Assembly (NCBI RefSeq): GCF_009834535.1
Contig: NC_045696.1
Location: forward strand, 120,406,001-120,470,000
DNA length: 64,000 nucleotides
Direction: 5' to 3'
Source: Camelus ferus
Lineage: Eukaryota
In this document: in pieces, positions 1 through 12,960 of the stretch
Numbering within the stretch: position 1 is the stretch's first letter
Layout: the number at the start of each line of letters is the position of its first letter
The notes under the pieces: generated by a model
Databases searched by the model: none
What the model was told of the DNA's origin: nothing
The model's input: the letters and a program-made list of their open reading frames with translations, nothing else
Position numbers and translations under genes: made by a program

Positions 1-175
1 CCCATCAGCTGAGCCTTCAGCAAGTCATAATCTTTTTGCTGGTGGAGGGTCTGGCCTTGTCAGCGGCTGCTGACTGATCAGCATGGTGGTTGCTGGGATG
101 GCTGTGGCAATTTCTTCATGTAAGCCAGCAATGAAGTTTGCCTCGTCAGTTGACACTTCCTTCCATGAGCAATTT
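1..175 (-). mobile_element. Tigger1 (TcMar) DNA transposon fragment
   Basis: Reverse complement matches the recalled Tigger1 3' region (CTGATCAGTCAGCAGCC...CCCTCCACCAGCAAAAAGATTA...CTGAAGGCTCAG). The same motif occurs near 47004-47045 on +. Confidence 0.8.
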
Positions 176-609
176 AAACTCGGATAAAAAGTAAAACCAG
201 CACAAAAGTGCAGCCCCAAGCCCTCAGGCCCCAGTCATGCCCCCAACCAAGGCAGAGACAATGATCACACCCAGGAGAAACCCAGTTTTCTTGAGGGCTC
301 CTGCTCCAGCCCCTTGGGCCCCAACCCTGCCCCCCCCATAGGGCAGTGACAGCCACTGAGAGTAGGAGAACCCCAGATCACATCTGGCTCTGTCTCTGTC
401 CCCTCCAACGCCAGCCCTCCCTCCCACCGAGGTGGTGGCTGCCAGAACACCCTGGAGAAAGAGCCCATGCTCACTTCAGGTCCAGCTCTCCCACCAAGGC
501 CACTGGGCACACGCGGACTACACTGGAATCTTCTACACAACGAATGTTCCCTTCAAGACCAGGATAGGGGACTGTTTCACCTAACTTCACAGAGACAGAG
601 AAAGTTAAC

Positions 610-825
610 TGTGTGCTTCTAGGAATTTACCTATTTCTTCTAGGTTGCCCAGTTTGTTGGCATATAATTGTTCATAATAGTCTCTTATGATTCTTTGTAT
701 TTCTGTGTATCAGTTGTAACTTGTCTTTTGTTTCTAATTTTATGTATTTGGGCCTCAATTCCTTGATGAGTCTGACTAATAATTTGTGAAGTTTGTTTAC
801 CTAAGAACCAGCTCTTAGTTTCATA

Positions 826-856
<31 letters not shown>

Positions 857-2913
857 AGTTTCTATTTCCTTTATTTCCATTCTGATTTTTACCTTTCCTT
901 CTACAACTTTGGACTTTATTTGTTCTTCTTTTTCTGAGTCCTTTAGGTATGAATTTAGATTCTTTATTTGAAATTTTTTTTTGTTTCTTGAGATACTGCT
1001 ATAAACCTCCCTTTTAGAACCACTTTTGCTGCATTCCACACATTTTGGAATGCTGTGTTTCCATTTTCACTATCTTGAGGTATTTTTTGATTTCCCCTTT
1101 ATTTCTTTATTAGCTGTTTAGTAGCATGTTGTTTAGTCCCCCATGCTTTTAATTTTTGCAGTTTTACCCTTATAACTGATTTCTAGTTTCATACCATTGT
1201 AGTTGGAAAAGGTCCTTGATAAGATTTCAGTCTCCTTAAAGTCCGTTAAGATTTGTTTTGTCACCTAACATTTGATCTATCCTGAAGAATGTTCTGTGTA
1301 CGCTTGAGATGAATATATACATTGCTTCTTTCGGATGGAATGTTTTGTAGCTATCTATTAAGTCTATCTGGTCTAATGTGTCATTTAAGGTCAACATTTC
1401 CTCATTAATTTTTAGTCTGGATGATCTATCCATTGATGTAATTCAAGTATTAAAGTCCTGTACTATCATTGCATTGTCAATTTCTCCATTTAGTTCTGTT
1501 AATATTTGCTTTATATACTTTTTTTTCTCTTCTGTTGGGTGCATAAATATTTACAAATGTTATATCCTCTTGTTGGATTGACTTGTTTATCATGTGTAAT
1601 GCTCTTCTTTGTCTTTTGTTACAGTCTTTCTTTCAAAGTCTATTTTGTCTGATATAAGTATTGCTACCCCAGCTTTCTTTTTCTTTTTTTTTTTTTCCTT
1701 TTGCATGGAATATATTTTTCCATCACTTCACTTTCAGCCTGCATATGTTTTTAGATCTGAGGTGAGTCTCTTGTAGGCAACATATTGATGACTCTTGATT
1801 TTTTATTCATTCAGCCACCCTATGTGTTTTGATTGGAGAATTTAGTTCATTTACATTTAAAGTAATCATCGGTAAGTACATACTTAATTGCCATTTTGTT
1901 AATTGTTTTCTGGTTGTTTTTCTAGTTCTTTGTTTCTTTTTTTTTTTCCTCTTCCCTTGTGGATTTGGTGGCTTTCTTTAGTATTATGTTTAAATTCCTT
2001 TCTCATATATTTTTATGTATCTATTATAGGTTTTTGCTTTGTGGTTACTATGAGTTTCACATTTAACAGCCTAGATATATAACAATCTATTTTAAGTTGA
2101 TAGTCACTTAAGTTCAAATGCATTCTAAAAGCGCTACATTTTTGCTCCCTCTTCCCATATTTTATGGTTTTGATGTCAAATTTTGTATGTTTTTATATTA
2201 TGTTTTCCTTAACTAATTATTGTAGTTGCAGTTAACTTTACTACCTTTGTCTTTTAACTTCCATGCTAGCTTTATAAGTGATTGATCCCTTGCCTTTACT
2301 GTATATTTGCCTATACGAGTGAGTTTTTTCTTTCATCTTTTCTTATTTCTATTTAGGACCTTTTCTTTTCAGTTTGAAGAAGTCCCTTTAACATTTCTCA
2401 TAAGGCCAGCTTAGTGGTAATAAACACCTTTAGCTTTTGCTTGTCTGGAAAACTCTCTCTCTCCTTCAATTCTGAGTGATAACTTTGCCAGGTAGAGTAT
2501 TTTTGGTTGGAAATTCTTTTCTTTCAATATTTTAAATATATCATGCCACTCCCTTTCAGCCTGGAAAATTTCTGCTGAAAACTCAGCTGATAGTCTTATG
2601 GGGGTTCCTTTGTATGTAACTAGTTCTTTTTTCATGGTTCTTTTAATATTCTCTCTTTATCATTAACTTTTGACATTTTAATTATAATGTGTCTTGGTGT
2701 GGATCTCTTGAGGTTTATCTTGTTTGAGACTCTTGTGTTTCCTGGACCTGGTTGTGTTTCCGTCTCCCAGGTTAGGATACTTTCAGCATTACTTCTTCAA
2801 ATACATGTTCTGCCCCTTTCTTTTTCTCTTCCCCTTCTAGGACCCCTATAATGCAATTTAGAACACTTGATGTCGCCCCACAGGTCCTATAAGCTGTCAT
2901 AATTTTTTTTAAG

Positions 2914-2956
<43 letters not shown>

Positions 2957-3590
2957 CTATTTGGGTGATTTTCACTACCCTGTATTTCAGGGTGCTGATC
3001 CATTCTTCTGCTTCACCTAGTCAGAGGTTGAGTCCTTCTGGTCTATTTTTCAGTTCAGTTATTGTATCTTCAGTTCTGTGACTTGTTTGCTACTTTCTTT
3101 TATTTTCTGTCTCTTTCTTGAAGTTCTCACTGTGTTCTTTCATCCTTCTTCCAAGTCAGGTGAACATCTTTATCACCATTTGGAATTCTTTTTCAGATAA
3201 ATTACTTATCTTTGTTTCATTAAGGATTTTTTCCCCCCTGGGGTTTCATCCTGTTTCTTCTTTAGGAATATATTTCTTTGTTTCCTCATTTTGCTTGATT
3301 CTCTGAATTTGTTTCTGTGTATTATGTAAAATGTCTATCTCTCCATGTTTTAAAGGAGTGGCCTTGTGTAGGAGACGAGCTTTATCATTTAACCTTGTCC
3401 TAGTTCTTGGTTTTCTCTCAAACTGTCCCTTCAGTTGTTTCAGACCTATGGGGCCAAATGCAGGCCCCTTTGGGCACCTGAGTTTAGCACTCAAGGGGAG
3501 TTCCCTGGGTGGGCTACATGGACCGCCCCCCCCCCAATTCCGTTGGGCCATGCAGGCAGCATGGGGGAGCAGGGCTGCTCACCTGCAGCC
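610..3590 (-). mobile_element. Decayed LINE-1 5' portion (5'UTR, ORF1, ORF2 endonuclease region)
   Basis: Minus ORFs MDRSSRLKINEEMLTLNDTLDQIDLIDSYKTFHPK (ORF2 endonuclease) and VTYKGTPIRLSAEFS...EWHDIFKILKEKNFQPKILY (ORF1). Many stops and frameshifts. Confidence 0.92.
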
Positions 3591-4615
3591 TCTGGTGCCA
3601 CATGAAGAGGCCACTATTACCAAAAGGATGAAAACCTCAGCTGCAGTAAACTTACCTCCAAACAGACCACGTATCTTACTAAGAGATGTCCTCACAAACT
3701 CTAGGACCTCAGAATCTTGTCATAAAATTTAAACATAATAAAGGATTGATGTTCTCATTTCAAAAATGAAAAGCATTGGAAAAACGCACACTGATGGATA
3801 AATCCACCCCTTGTGAAAAGAAAATCCACGCATATGGAGACACTCAGCTTCTGAGTTGAAATCTTTTGTGAGACTTTTATATAATTTCCAGTTGGGAAAA
3901 ATGTGTACATTGAGGTGGACACTTAGGCAAAATATTAAGTTACTTTAGATATAACTGAGCAATTCTTGTCAGATAAAGGAAAGTTATCTTAACTAGCTTT
4001 TTTTTTTATTGAGATTTTTTTATTTTGACTATAATCTTGAAATAAAAACCTATGAAATATGTTAAATTATATTTTCAATTAAAAAATAGAAAGTAATCTA
4101 AATTATTAAACATCTTGAAGGATGATTTCAAATACCTCCAGGTCTCATCCTCACAGGCGGCTCATTCCCGGGGTCAAGTCACAGCAGGCTCAGGGCGGTT
4201 GACATCTCTGCCCAGTACCAGGTGCTTCCGAAGCAAACAGAGATCAATCAAGGCAAGGATCCTTTACCTGTCAGGGGCTGGTATGGGTGACAAAATGATT
4301 GATGAATATAAAACAAACTCTGTGAGTTTAAGAGAAAGGAGACTTAGAAAAAAAAAAAAGAGAGAGAGAATTGGACAGATTAAGGCTTAAAATGACAAAG
4401 ATGAGAGAAACAGTTATTACCAGCACAGTGGTTCTTGCTGATGGCAATTGAGAGATAGCATGACTACAGGGATCAATGAGATACGGGGAACAACATTGAA
4501 GACCTGAAGAAATCCTGTAAGATCCTGGAGGATAAAATGCTTTTTTTTTTTTGTAGGAATAATGAGGGAAAATGGGATGATTCATCTAATTTTGAAAAAA
4601 GTGAATTACTGCTGA

Positions 4616-4774
<159 letters not shown>

Positions 4775-4847
4775 TAGTTGACTTACAATGTTAGTTTCAG
4801 GTGTACTATTTATTTATTTGTTTGTTTGTTTGTTTGTTTGTTTGTTT

Positions 4848-5204
4848 AACCCCTTTATTGTGGTGTGGTTCCTGCACAGTAAACTACACATATTTCAGAT
4901 GTCCACTTTGATGAGGTTTGATAGATGTAGACACCCATACAACCACCACCACGATTAAGACAGCTAACATTTCCATCACTCCCTGAGAGGTGCAATTTTC
5001 CAATTTCCAATTTGTCCCTTCCCACGCCCTTTACCCCCTGGTAACTGTAAGTTTGTTCTCTATGTTTGTGAGTCTGTTTCTGTTTTGTAAATAAGTTCAT
5101 TTGTGTCTGTTTTTTTAGATTCAACATATGAGTGATATCATATGGCATTTTTCTTTCTCTTTCTGGCTCGCTTCAGTTAGAACGATTATCTTCAGGTCTA
5201 TCCA
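4848..5204 (-). mobile_element. 5'-truncated L1 3'UTR with variant terminus
   Basis: Shares gtgagtctgtttctgttttgta...ttagatt with other L1 3'UTRs here. The distal part is shared with the copy at ~63490. Confidence 0.75.
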
Positions 5205-5205
5205 T

Positions 5206-5296
5206 TAATTTATTTTTTTAATGCAGAAACTGGGGATTGGACTCAGGACCTTGTGCGTGCTAAGCATGCGCTCTACCACCAGCATGTGGCCTCCCA
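5206..5296 (-). mobile_element. tRNA-Ala-derived SINE (Vic-1-like)
   Basis: Reverse complement reads GGTGGTAGAGCGCATGCTTAGCACGCACAAGGTCCTGAGTCCAATCCCCAG, a tRNA-Ala(AGC)-like head. Confidence 0.8.
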
Positions 5297-7739
5297 AGGA
5301 GCTTCCTTCTGTTTGCAGGGGTATCTGCGCCTCGGCCATGTCTTCCTTTTCTTGGCTAGGGTTACTGTCCACTCTTCCAGGAGCTCGCGTGCTGACCCCA
5401 GCACCCAGCCTGGAAAGGTCTCTCCAGCAGGTGTTGTCAGTGCTTCCAGCCCTACCCCCAGCTCAGTCCTATATGCTGAAGACTGCTCAGCCTGGTCCCC
5501 AGAAGTGACCAGAAACGCCAGAGATTTAACCCATCTGAGACCATCTCTCAGCCAGTAGTCACACACAGGGATCCGGCGTGTAAATACTGAGGCGTGTTCT
5601 GCACTCCTTCCCACGGTTCTCCAGGAGGACTGAGCTCCATTGTCCGGGGGAGTGGTCACTTGCTAGTAACACTCCCTTCACTGGTGGCCTTCTCTCTCCT
5701 GTCTCACTCCCTGAGCAGTGTTTCCCAGGACCGCCTCCTAAACTTCTCAGGAGTCTGCTTTGGAGTGGAAGTCAGAGGGCAAACAGGACATCTCCAGCCA
5801 CCCCCAACCCCACCACCCCCACAGAGGAGGCAGCGCCACAGTGTTTACTAGAATTGCAGGCACAAAGCGTGAGAGAGATGGCCATGACCACCTGTGCTTG
5901 GCTGTTGTGCACTGCTCCCAAGTTCACGTCCTGGTGCGTTTCTGCAGCTGCGACCTTGGCTTCAACACTCAGCAGTGGCACAGACAGGCGTGGGCAGCAC
6001 CCTCACCTCTCCGTGCCTGTCCCCTCGTCTGTCGATGACCCCCACCTCACAGAGCTGGCTACTTGTTGATGGTGTTGGCATCATTATTTCTCGGTTCTCC
6101 TTCTGAGTCCTCACACAGTCCTGTAGGGCTGCCTTGGCCTTTCTTGAATGTGGTCCAGAAGGTAACTCAGCCCTCCTGCTGGGCCAGAGGGTTAAGGTGA
6201 GGTACTTGGCAGTGATAGCAACGTCTATGAGGGAAAGTTGCCACAAACAAGATAAATCCCGGGGTCAGTGGTCAGGTTCACAGAGCCCAGCTGCTCCTCC
6301 CTTGCCTGGAGAATTTATGGTCAGGCTTGATTACATGAGCTGGCGGATTTTCTTGTGGAAGATGAGAGAAAATTTTACCACCTCGTGGGTTTTGTTTTCT
6401 GTTCCTTTAAAGACGAAGTGCAGACCATTCAGTCTTGGGAAGAGGATTTAGAAAACTTCTGCTGAATCCTATTTCTACCCTAATGGCCTGGAAGAGTGAA
6501 TTGACCTCTCGTAGAATTATACCAGAGTTGTAAATCACACCAGGAGAGAATCTGGCTGAATGCCTCCAGCTTCTCAGCATTTATTTGACTGAATGAGGGG
6601 AAAGACTTCCACTCCTCTGCCTTCACAGCTGATTTATAACCTCCAGACTTAGAAGAAAATCTGTCTCTTTGACTGGTTCAACACATGCCCTAAATAAGTA
6701 ATCATACCAGTCAGAATGGAAAATGGGGTCTGAAAATCAGTTGCATAAAATTTAGGGTTGCACTGTTGCCGGGTTAAGGAAAACCAATGTTTCTAGACAT
6801 TCTACGTGGCTCAGAGGGCACAAAAGTAAACATAGTGACGTTTATACTGTTTGCAGCTGACCGTGTAACGAGAAAGTTCCCCAGTGACCACGAAACGGTC
6901 ATTTTCTAACTGGCTTCTCCCTCCCTCACATCCCTACCCTGAGAACCTCAGCCTGCCCTTGTCTGAGAATCAGGATGGCTGGGGGACAGGAGTTAATCGT
7001 CAATGACGACAGGCCTAAATTCACCTACCCTCCTGGGGGTTTTACTGTCCTGCTTTAGAATCGCTGAGGTACAATTGGAGATGGTCCTAGAATGCACCTG
7101 ATTTCCTGTTAGCCATAAACGTGTTTAGTGTGTCCTTACTCTTAGATTTCCTGTGGAAAAAATAAAGAAAAAAAGATAAGCCAACCTTGAAAAGTGTGGA
7201 CTCAGAACTCCTGGAATGTGGTTCCGTTCCTGGTGTACTTGATGGTCTACAAGCTCCTCCACTTGTCTCCAGGAAAGAAAAGCCACACTGCCATTAATAA
7301 GAGGAACTTTGCCAGGCCTTGGTGAAGGTGCTACCCTAACTCTTCTTTCTCAGCCAAATTTCTTGAAACACTCCACCCCCCTGTAACCCCTTCATTCCCC
7401 ACTCACGCTATGGGCCACCGAGTTCTGGCTCCCACCCCATCCCCATTGCTGTGACAGCGGTCACAAGGCTCCCTGTGATCCCAGAGATGCTCCCCAAGCC
7501 TTATCCTTCCTGCGTTTGAGAGAGGGCTCCCCACCCCCAGCCCCCTCCTGCCTCGCTGGCCAATCGTCCACAAGTCCTCTTGTCCTGAAGAGTCTTAAGA
7601 TCTTAACATCTTTCAGATCACCTGGGTCTGACTCTTCAGCAACATTCCCACTGCCCTGAACAAACTTTTCTTCTGCTCATCCCTAGTGCCAGCTATTTCC
7701 CAGAACTCTGCTCCCACTCCCTGTCCCCTTCCAGTCGGC

Positions 7740-8196
7740 TATCCTTTATAACCAGGAATTACACCAAGTCACTCCTCTGCTCAAAACCCTCAGGGGCTCC
7801 CCGTGAACTCACTTCCTTCTCAGGACCCTTCTGACATCATCCTCCTACTCCCCGCTTTACTCACCCTACTTCAGCCACACTGGGTTCCTTCCCTTTGCTC
7901 AAATGCACCAGTCATACTCTGGCCCCAGGACATTTGCACTGACTATTCCTTCTGTGTGGAACACTCTTCCTTCACATGTTGCCCAGGACTTACTTCTCAT
8001 CTTCATTCAAGACTGTGTCCAAAGTTGCCGTCTTCCTTAATTAAAATTGTCCTCTTCCCCTGCCATCCAATAGTGTTCTTTCCTCACACACCAGGACAGC
8101 AGAAACCTTGTTTGTTTTGTTCCCTGCTGCATCCTTAGGGCCTAGAACCATGCCTCCCACATCGCAGGTGTTCAATGGATCTTTGTTCAATAAATG
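7740..8196 (+). mobile_element. L2 LINE 3' fragment
   Basis: Typical L2 motifs (catttgcact...ttccttctg; cctagaaccatgcct...ggtgttcaat...aataaatga). Confidence 0.65.
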
Positions 8197-8926
8197 ATGT
8201 CCATATATCACCTCCTACTCTCCTGTGGCTCCAATACCAATTTTATGATAAACCCAAATCTGAGGTCTCCTTTGAGGCCTCACCTCTAAGCTCCAGACTT
8301 ATATGTATCCGTCTGGCTACTGAGCATCACCATTTGCACACCTCCCAGGCATCTCAAACTCAAAATATCAAAGGATTATTTTCTCCCACCACCACCCCAG
8401 CCTCCTCAAGCCTCCCCTTGCTCCTCCTCCTGTGTTCACTATCTCTGTAAACGGCATTGGCCCCACATAGTTATCCTAGGCTCCTCTCTCGCTCAGTCAC
8501 ATCCAGTCCATCCCCTACTCCACCCGCTTCTTCATCCTCACTTCATAACATGCCCCTCCTGCCCAGCCACTGTTGACTTCCATGCTTTTACCATGCTGTT
8601 CCCTCTGCCTTACTGTTCCTTCCCTCTCTCAGCCTTCCTCACTCAACCCCAGGTCCAATGTCTATCCCAAGTATCACCCTCTTTCCAGGATTCCTCCTGT
8701 AGTGCCCAGTGCATACAGACTCCTGTCACATTAATAATTAGCTTACTTACCCATCTCCAATACTAGGCTTTGAGGTCCTAAGTGTGGAGACTATGGCTGA
8801 TTGCATCCTGGTGTCTCATACGGTATCTATCACATAGTAGGTATTTAAAACATGTTTGATAAACAAATAGACCCTAGTGTGACTGAGGCTGTTGCCCCAG
8901 AATCACACCCCTGCCCTGCCCTGCCC

Positions 8927-9482
8927 TGAAATGGAAACCAATTACTCATATCTAAGTTTTAGGAGGAAGCTGCAAAGAGAGAGGGAAAAAAAAAAAAAAA
9001 AAAAAAAAAGAACCAGTTAGAACCAACTAAGCCCAAGATGGCAGAGGCTTTGACTTCCAGCAGACCTTGAGCCTCATTACATGTTCATCGTAATACACTA
9101 GCTGCTAAATGACACACCCACAGGCGCCATGACAGTTGACGACTGCCATGACAACCAGAAAAGCCCATGCAAGGACTGAAAAGGAGAGTTGCATCAGTTC
9201 TGGGTCCAAACCACACCCCTGTTCCTGGATAACTCATTAGTATTCCTCTCACTTTTTCCAGTTCCCTTGTTTTACCTCAACCTTCCTTATATTTGAGGTC
9301 TCAGCCTGAATTGGGTTGAGAAGCTGATTTGCTAGGTTCTCCCTTCTCCATTCTTTGGCCATTGAATGAAGCTCGTGCTGTTCTAGTCTCAGCATTGGTT
9401 TCGTTATTGGCTGTATGAATCTGACTGGAGAAAGAACCTCCCTAGCCAAGACAAGGTGGATCCGGACAACCAATTCAGTAAT
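8927..9482 (+). mobile_element. Solo LTR, ERV1-like; boundaries approximate
   Basis: TG start. CCCAAGATGGC...GACTTCCAGCAGACCTTGAGCCTCAT block is the reverse complement of the block in the LTRs at 19.2-19.8 kb and 27.0-27.6 kb. Confidence 0.7.
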
Positions 9483-12079
9483 GCTAGTAAAACAAACAAG
9501 ATGCCTGGATTAATTTATGGTGAAAAAATATATAGATTATGATTATAAAAATGACCCCAGTCCTTCACAGCACCTGGTCCGTAGTAAGTATTCAATATGT
9601 ATTTTGCCAAGTGAATTAATAAATAAATGCAGAGGAGACAGCCTTGACAATCACATGGAAACACAACAGCAGCATGAAATCAAGCCATGCGAGTCATTTC
9701 TAGGCACTGAAGCTCACAGTTAGTGGTGGGACTGTGCAGGGTGGGCAGGATTAGAGGCAAGAAGGAAGACTAGGCAGAGGGATAAAGGGCTTTGAGTTTG
9801 GGTTCTGCTCGGAAGGCAGAGGGAGCCCTTTATGATATTAAGTCAACACAGTGATTGATCAGATGTGTGGTTTAGACAGATCCCTCTGTCAGAAGAATGA
9901 AAGACGAACTGGCAGGAGTCGGGTGGGGTGGAGGAGGAAAAGAGAAGACAGGACTCTGGAAGATCAGGTAGAAGACAACTGGAGGAGCCTGAGAGCTTGA
10001 GCTGTGAACGTCTAGCTGGCTTGAGTTCTGGAGACGTTCGAGAAGCCAGCATGGATCTCCCCAGGCTAAAGGGCAAGTCGTTGACTTTCTCCCCAAGGCT
10101 GAGCTATGAATGGACAAGGCTCCCAGAGCCCCGGCAGTGTCATGGTAGATCACTCATGTGTATGGTTTAGGTTAAGGGTTGTTCGTGTTTTCTAACAAAA
10201 TTTGTGACCAGTTGGATGAGGCTGTCATGGGCTCCAAAAACTCCCTCAAGCACATGTGCTGCCCACACTTCCACTTCAGTTACAGACATTCCTGAAAAAA
10301 AGCTCTGGAAATACAGCAAAGGACACTGGCTACTTGCCCATCATTTCTCTGGTTCAGACATCAAGGGTTGCACAATGGGAAAGACAGGTCATTTTAGGCA
10401 ACCACCCGCGTTTACAAGGTCCAATGACCTTTTTCCTTTCTCTGCCTTTTTGCTCTTGTCTAGGTGAAGGGAAACCTTATTCTCTGGGTGCTGGTCAAAG
10501 TTTGAACCAGTTGTGAAAATTGGTTTGGACATCAAAAGGTCTGGGACATGAGAGAGTGTTTTGAGATACCCCGAAACAACACACTAGGGGGACCTGGCTT
10601 GTTGTTAAGGCCGTGCTATCAAGTCCTCACATTACTGGACTGACATGATCCGTGGTTGTGGCTGGGCCCGGGGTCTGAGCTTATGGACCCGGAAGCGATT
10701 CCATTCGATTGGTGCTTCCTGCACGGCTCTGATAACATGGGCGTTTCTTGTATGCATGGTCAGTCCACTTTTACAGCTAGCTTCAGGTGAACGGGCAATT
10801 GGCTAAAAACCCTGCTAGCAGAAATCACATCTGCCTTTTTCAATAATGACCCTGCAGTGAGGAAAGTATACTTGTGATTTGAAGTGGATTTTTAATAATA
10901 TTGATACTACGTGAGAATATGAAAAGTCAATTACTTAAGGTTAGTCATTTTAGGCAAAGGCAGTAATAATTTGACATGTTCCAATGTTTGCTTGGACGTG
11001 TGTGGATGTGTGTATGTTCCAGCGTTATCCCAGTCTGCCTCACACCAAAACCAGGGGACACACAGAAGAGTCACCATTTTGAAGTCACCTGTCTTGGTGC
11101 TGTCCTGCCAAGTCTATGACCAGATCATGAAGTCTCATGATCCAGGACACTCAATGAAAGGCCTGAGAAAGTATCTTTATTATTTACCTTCCACTGGGGA
11201 AGAAACTGAAATGAATGACCTGGCCACAGTTACAGTTGGTGAAGGTCTAACCGGGATGGAAAGTTATGTCCCAGATTCCAAAGGAATCCCCATTCTGTGG
11301 GAACCACCTCTGTTTTGAATGTGTCATTTGCCAGGGTGACACTTCTGGCTATAAAAGGACCCTCCTGGGTAAGGCTAACCTGCATTCAGTCACAATTCTG
11401 CCCCTGATGAATTTGCCTTCTTTAGATTTTAAATTTTTTTTCTTTACTTAGGATGGCAATAAGTAGCAAATGTCTAAAACCACTCTTAGTTCCTGCGAAG
11501 AGGGCAGGGCTCCCTCTGTCTTCCTAGGCTTTGTATCTGCTGTTCTGTTAAGTCTGGGACCCTCTTCTCCGTTTCTCTGCCTGTGCCACTCTTTAGATTT
11601 CGGTTTGAACTTAATTTCCTTGGGGAAGCTTCTTTTGCCCTTCCAAGGTTGAATTAGGACCCCTTCGGTGTTCCCACCGCCCCGCTTACTCCATCCAGCA
11701 ATTACCACTGTTTCCTGTTTCCATTTCTGCCTCCCCAGTAAGAGCCCGACTTGGTTTTGCAGCCCAAGCACCTAAGAGTAGTACAAACTAGGTGCTCAAA
11801 TATTTGTAAAATGAATAAATGGATAGAGAAATGAATGGACAGTCAGCGAGAAAAGATCAGTAGACGAGAGGGTCAAGAATACTTTCCTCTGGACCCTGAA
11901 TTCCAAGTGGGGACCCCGCTGGCGCTTGACCTCCATTACGGGGCGCGCAGTGGCTGGTCTCCATTCACAGGCAAGAGGGAGCAGTACCCATCCTCCACCC
12001 GCAGACTCTCCGGCCCCCTTGCAAGAAGGTCCGAGAACACGGACAAAGCCTCCGAGCGACAGCAGTTCTAGTTGGAGCA

Positions 12080-12960
12080 GAACTGCAATCTTCCCGCCGC
12101 CTAGGAGCGCGCGCCCTGCCCGTCTGTTGGGCGCAGAGGGCGCGCATCACAAGCACCCCCGAACGCCCCAGTTTCCCCGCCGTCAGCTTCCTCCCCCTGA
12201 TCCGGAGCTGAGGGTAGGGGTTCCACGGAGGGAAGAAGCCGGCGGGGCAGTTACAGCCCCAGTAGCCCCCAACTCCCTCTTCTGTCGCTTCTCTGTGGCT
12301 GCGCCCCCCTCCCAGGGGACGTGAGCTGGGCCGGGGCCGCCGGGGCGGGGAAGGGTCGGCCGGGGCGGGGAGAAGCGTTTATATAGCGGCGAGGAGGGGC
12401 GCAGGAGCTGCTGCCCGCCTGCGAGACACGGGAGGCCACGGTCCCCGAGGTCCCCACGGTCTCCGCGGTCGGCGCTCCCGGCGCTGCCGGCGCTGCGCTC
12501 CAGGCGAGGCGGTGCGCTCCGCTCCGCGCGGGCGAGGCGGTGCGCTCTGCTCCGCGCGAGCGAGGAGGCCCGGCCAGGGCTTGGGAAGAGCGGGGTCAGG
12601 GGCCGTGTGGACGTTTCCTCGAGGTAAGTCCTGGAGCTCAAGTCCGCCGAGCCGGCCAGAGCCAGAACCAGGTTTGCAACTGCTCCTTGGCTGCACGGGA
12701 GGGGCGCGCGGCATAGAGGGGGCTGCGCCAGGACCGCGGTGGAGAGAAGGGATGTTAAGAGCTCAGAATCGCCGAGTTCTGGTTTTCCCCTCCTCCCGGC
12801 AGAGTGAGCTGCCCTCACCCCGCCTTCTTTGAGTTTCCCGCATCGTCCTCTTGGAGCGCCTACAGCACTCTGTTGTCACCCTCTGCTCCCGGCTCCGCGT
12901 CCCCCACCGCACATCCGAGCGCTCCGGAGGCTGAGAGGTGCCTCCCTAAACCCTGTGTCC
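12080..12960 (+). promoter_or_regulatory. CpG-island promoter of COL6A6 with Sp/KLF GC boxes and TATA-like box
   Basis: The strongest non-coding GC/CpG-dense stretch in the window. GGGGCGGGG at 12342-12350 and 12362-12370, TTTATATAG at 12378-12386, then a strong splice donor ~240 bp downstream. Confidence 0.8.
12410..12623 (+). other. COL6A6: Probable non-coding exon 1 (5'UTR) of COL6A6; start approximate
   Basis: Begins ~30 bp after the TATA element, contains no ATG and ends at a consensus donor GAG|GTAAGT (12621-12629). The signal-peptide exon has an acceptor 31 nt before its ATG, so an upstream exon is required. Implied intron 12624-57914. Confidence 0.72.

Noticed and set aside
5770..6450. 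Cluster of short overlapping ORFs, possible processed pseudogene
   Set aside because: No recognisable protein, poly(A) tail or TSD.
12183..12832. Long overlapping ORFs (211, 111 and 106 aa)
   Set aside because: Low-complexity Arg/Ala/Pro/Gly translations expected from a stop-poor CpG island; no recognisable domain.
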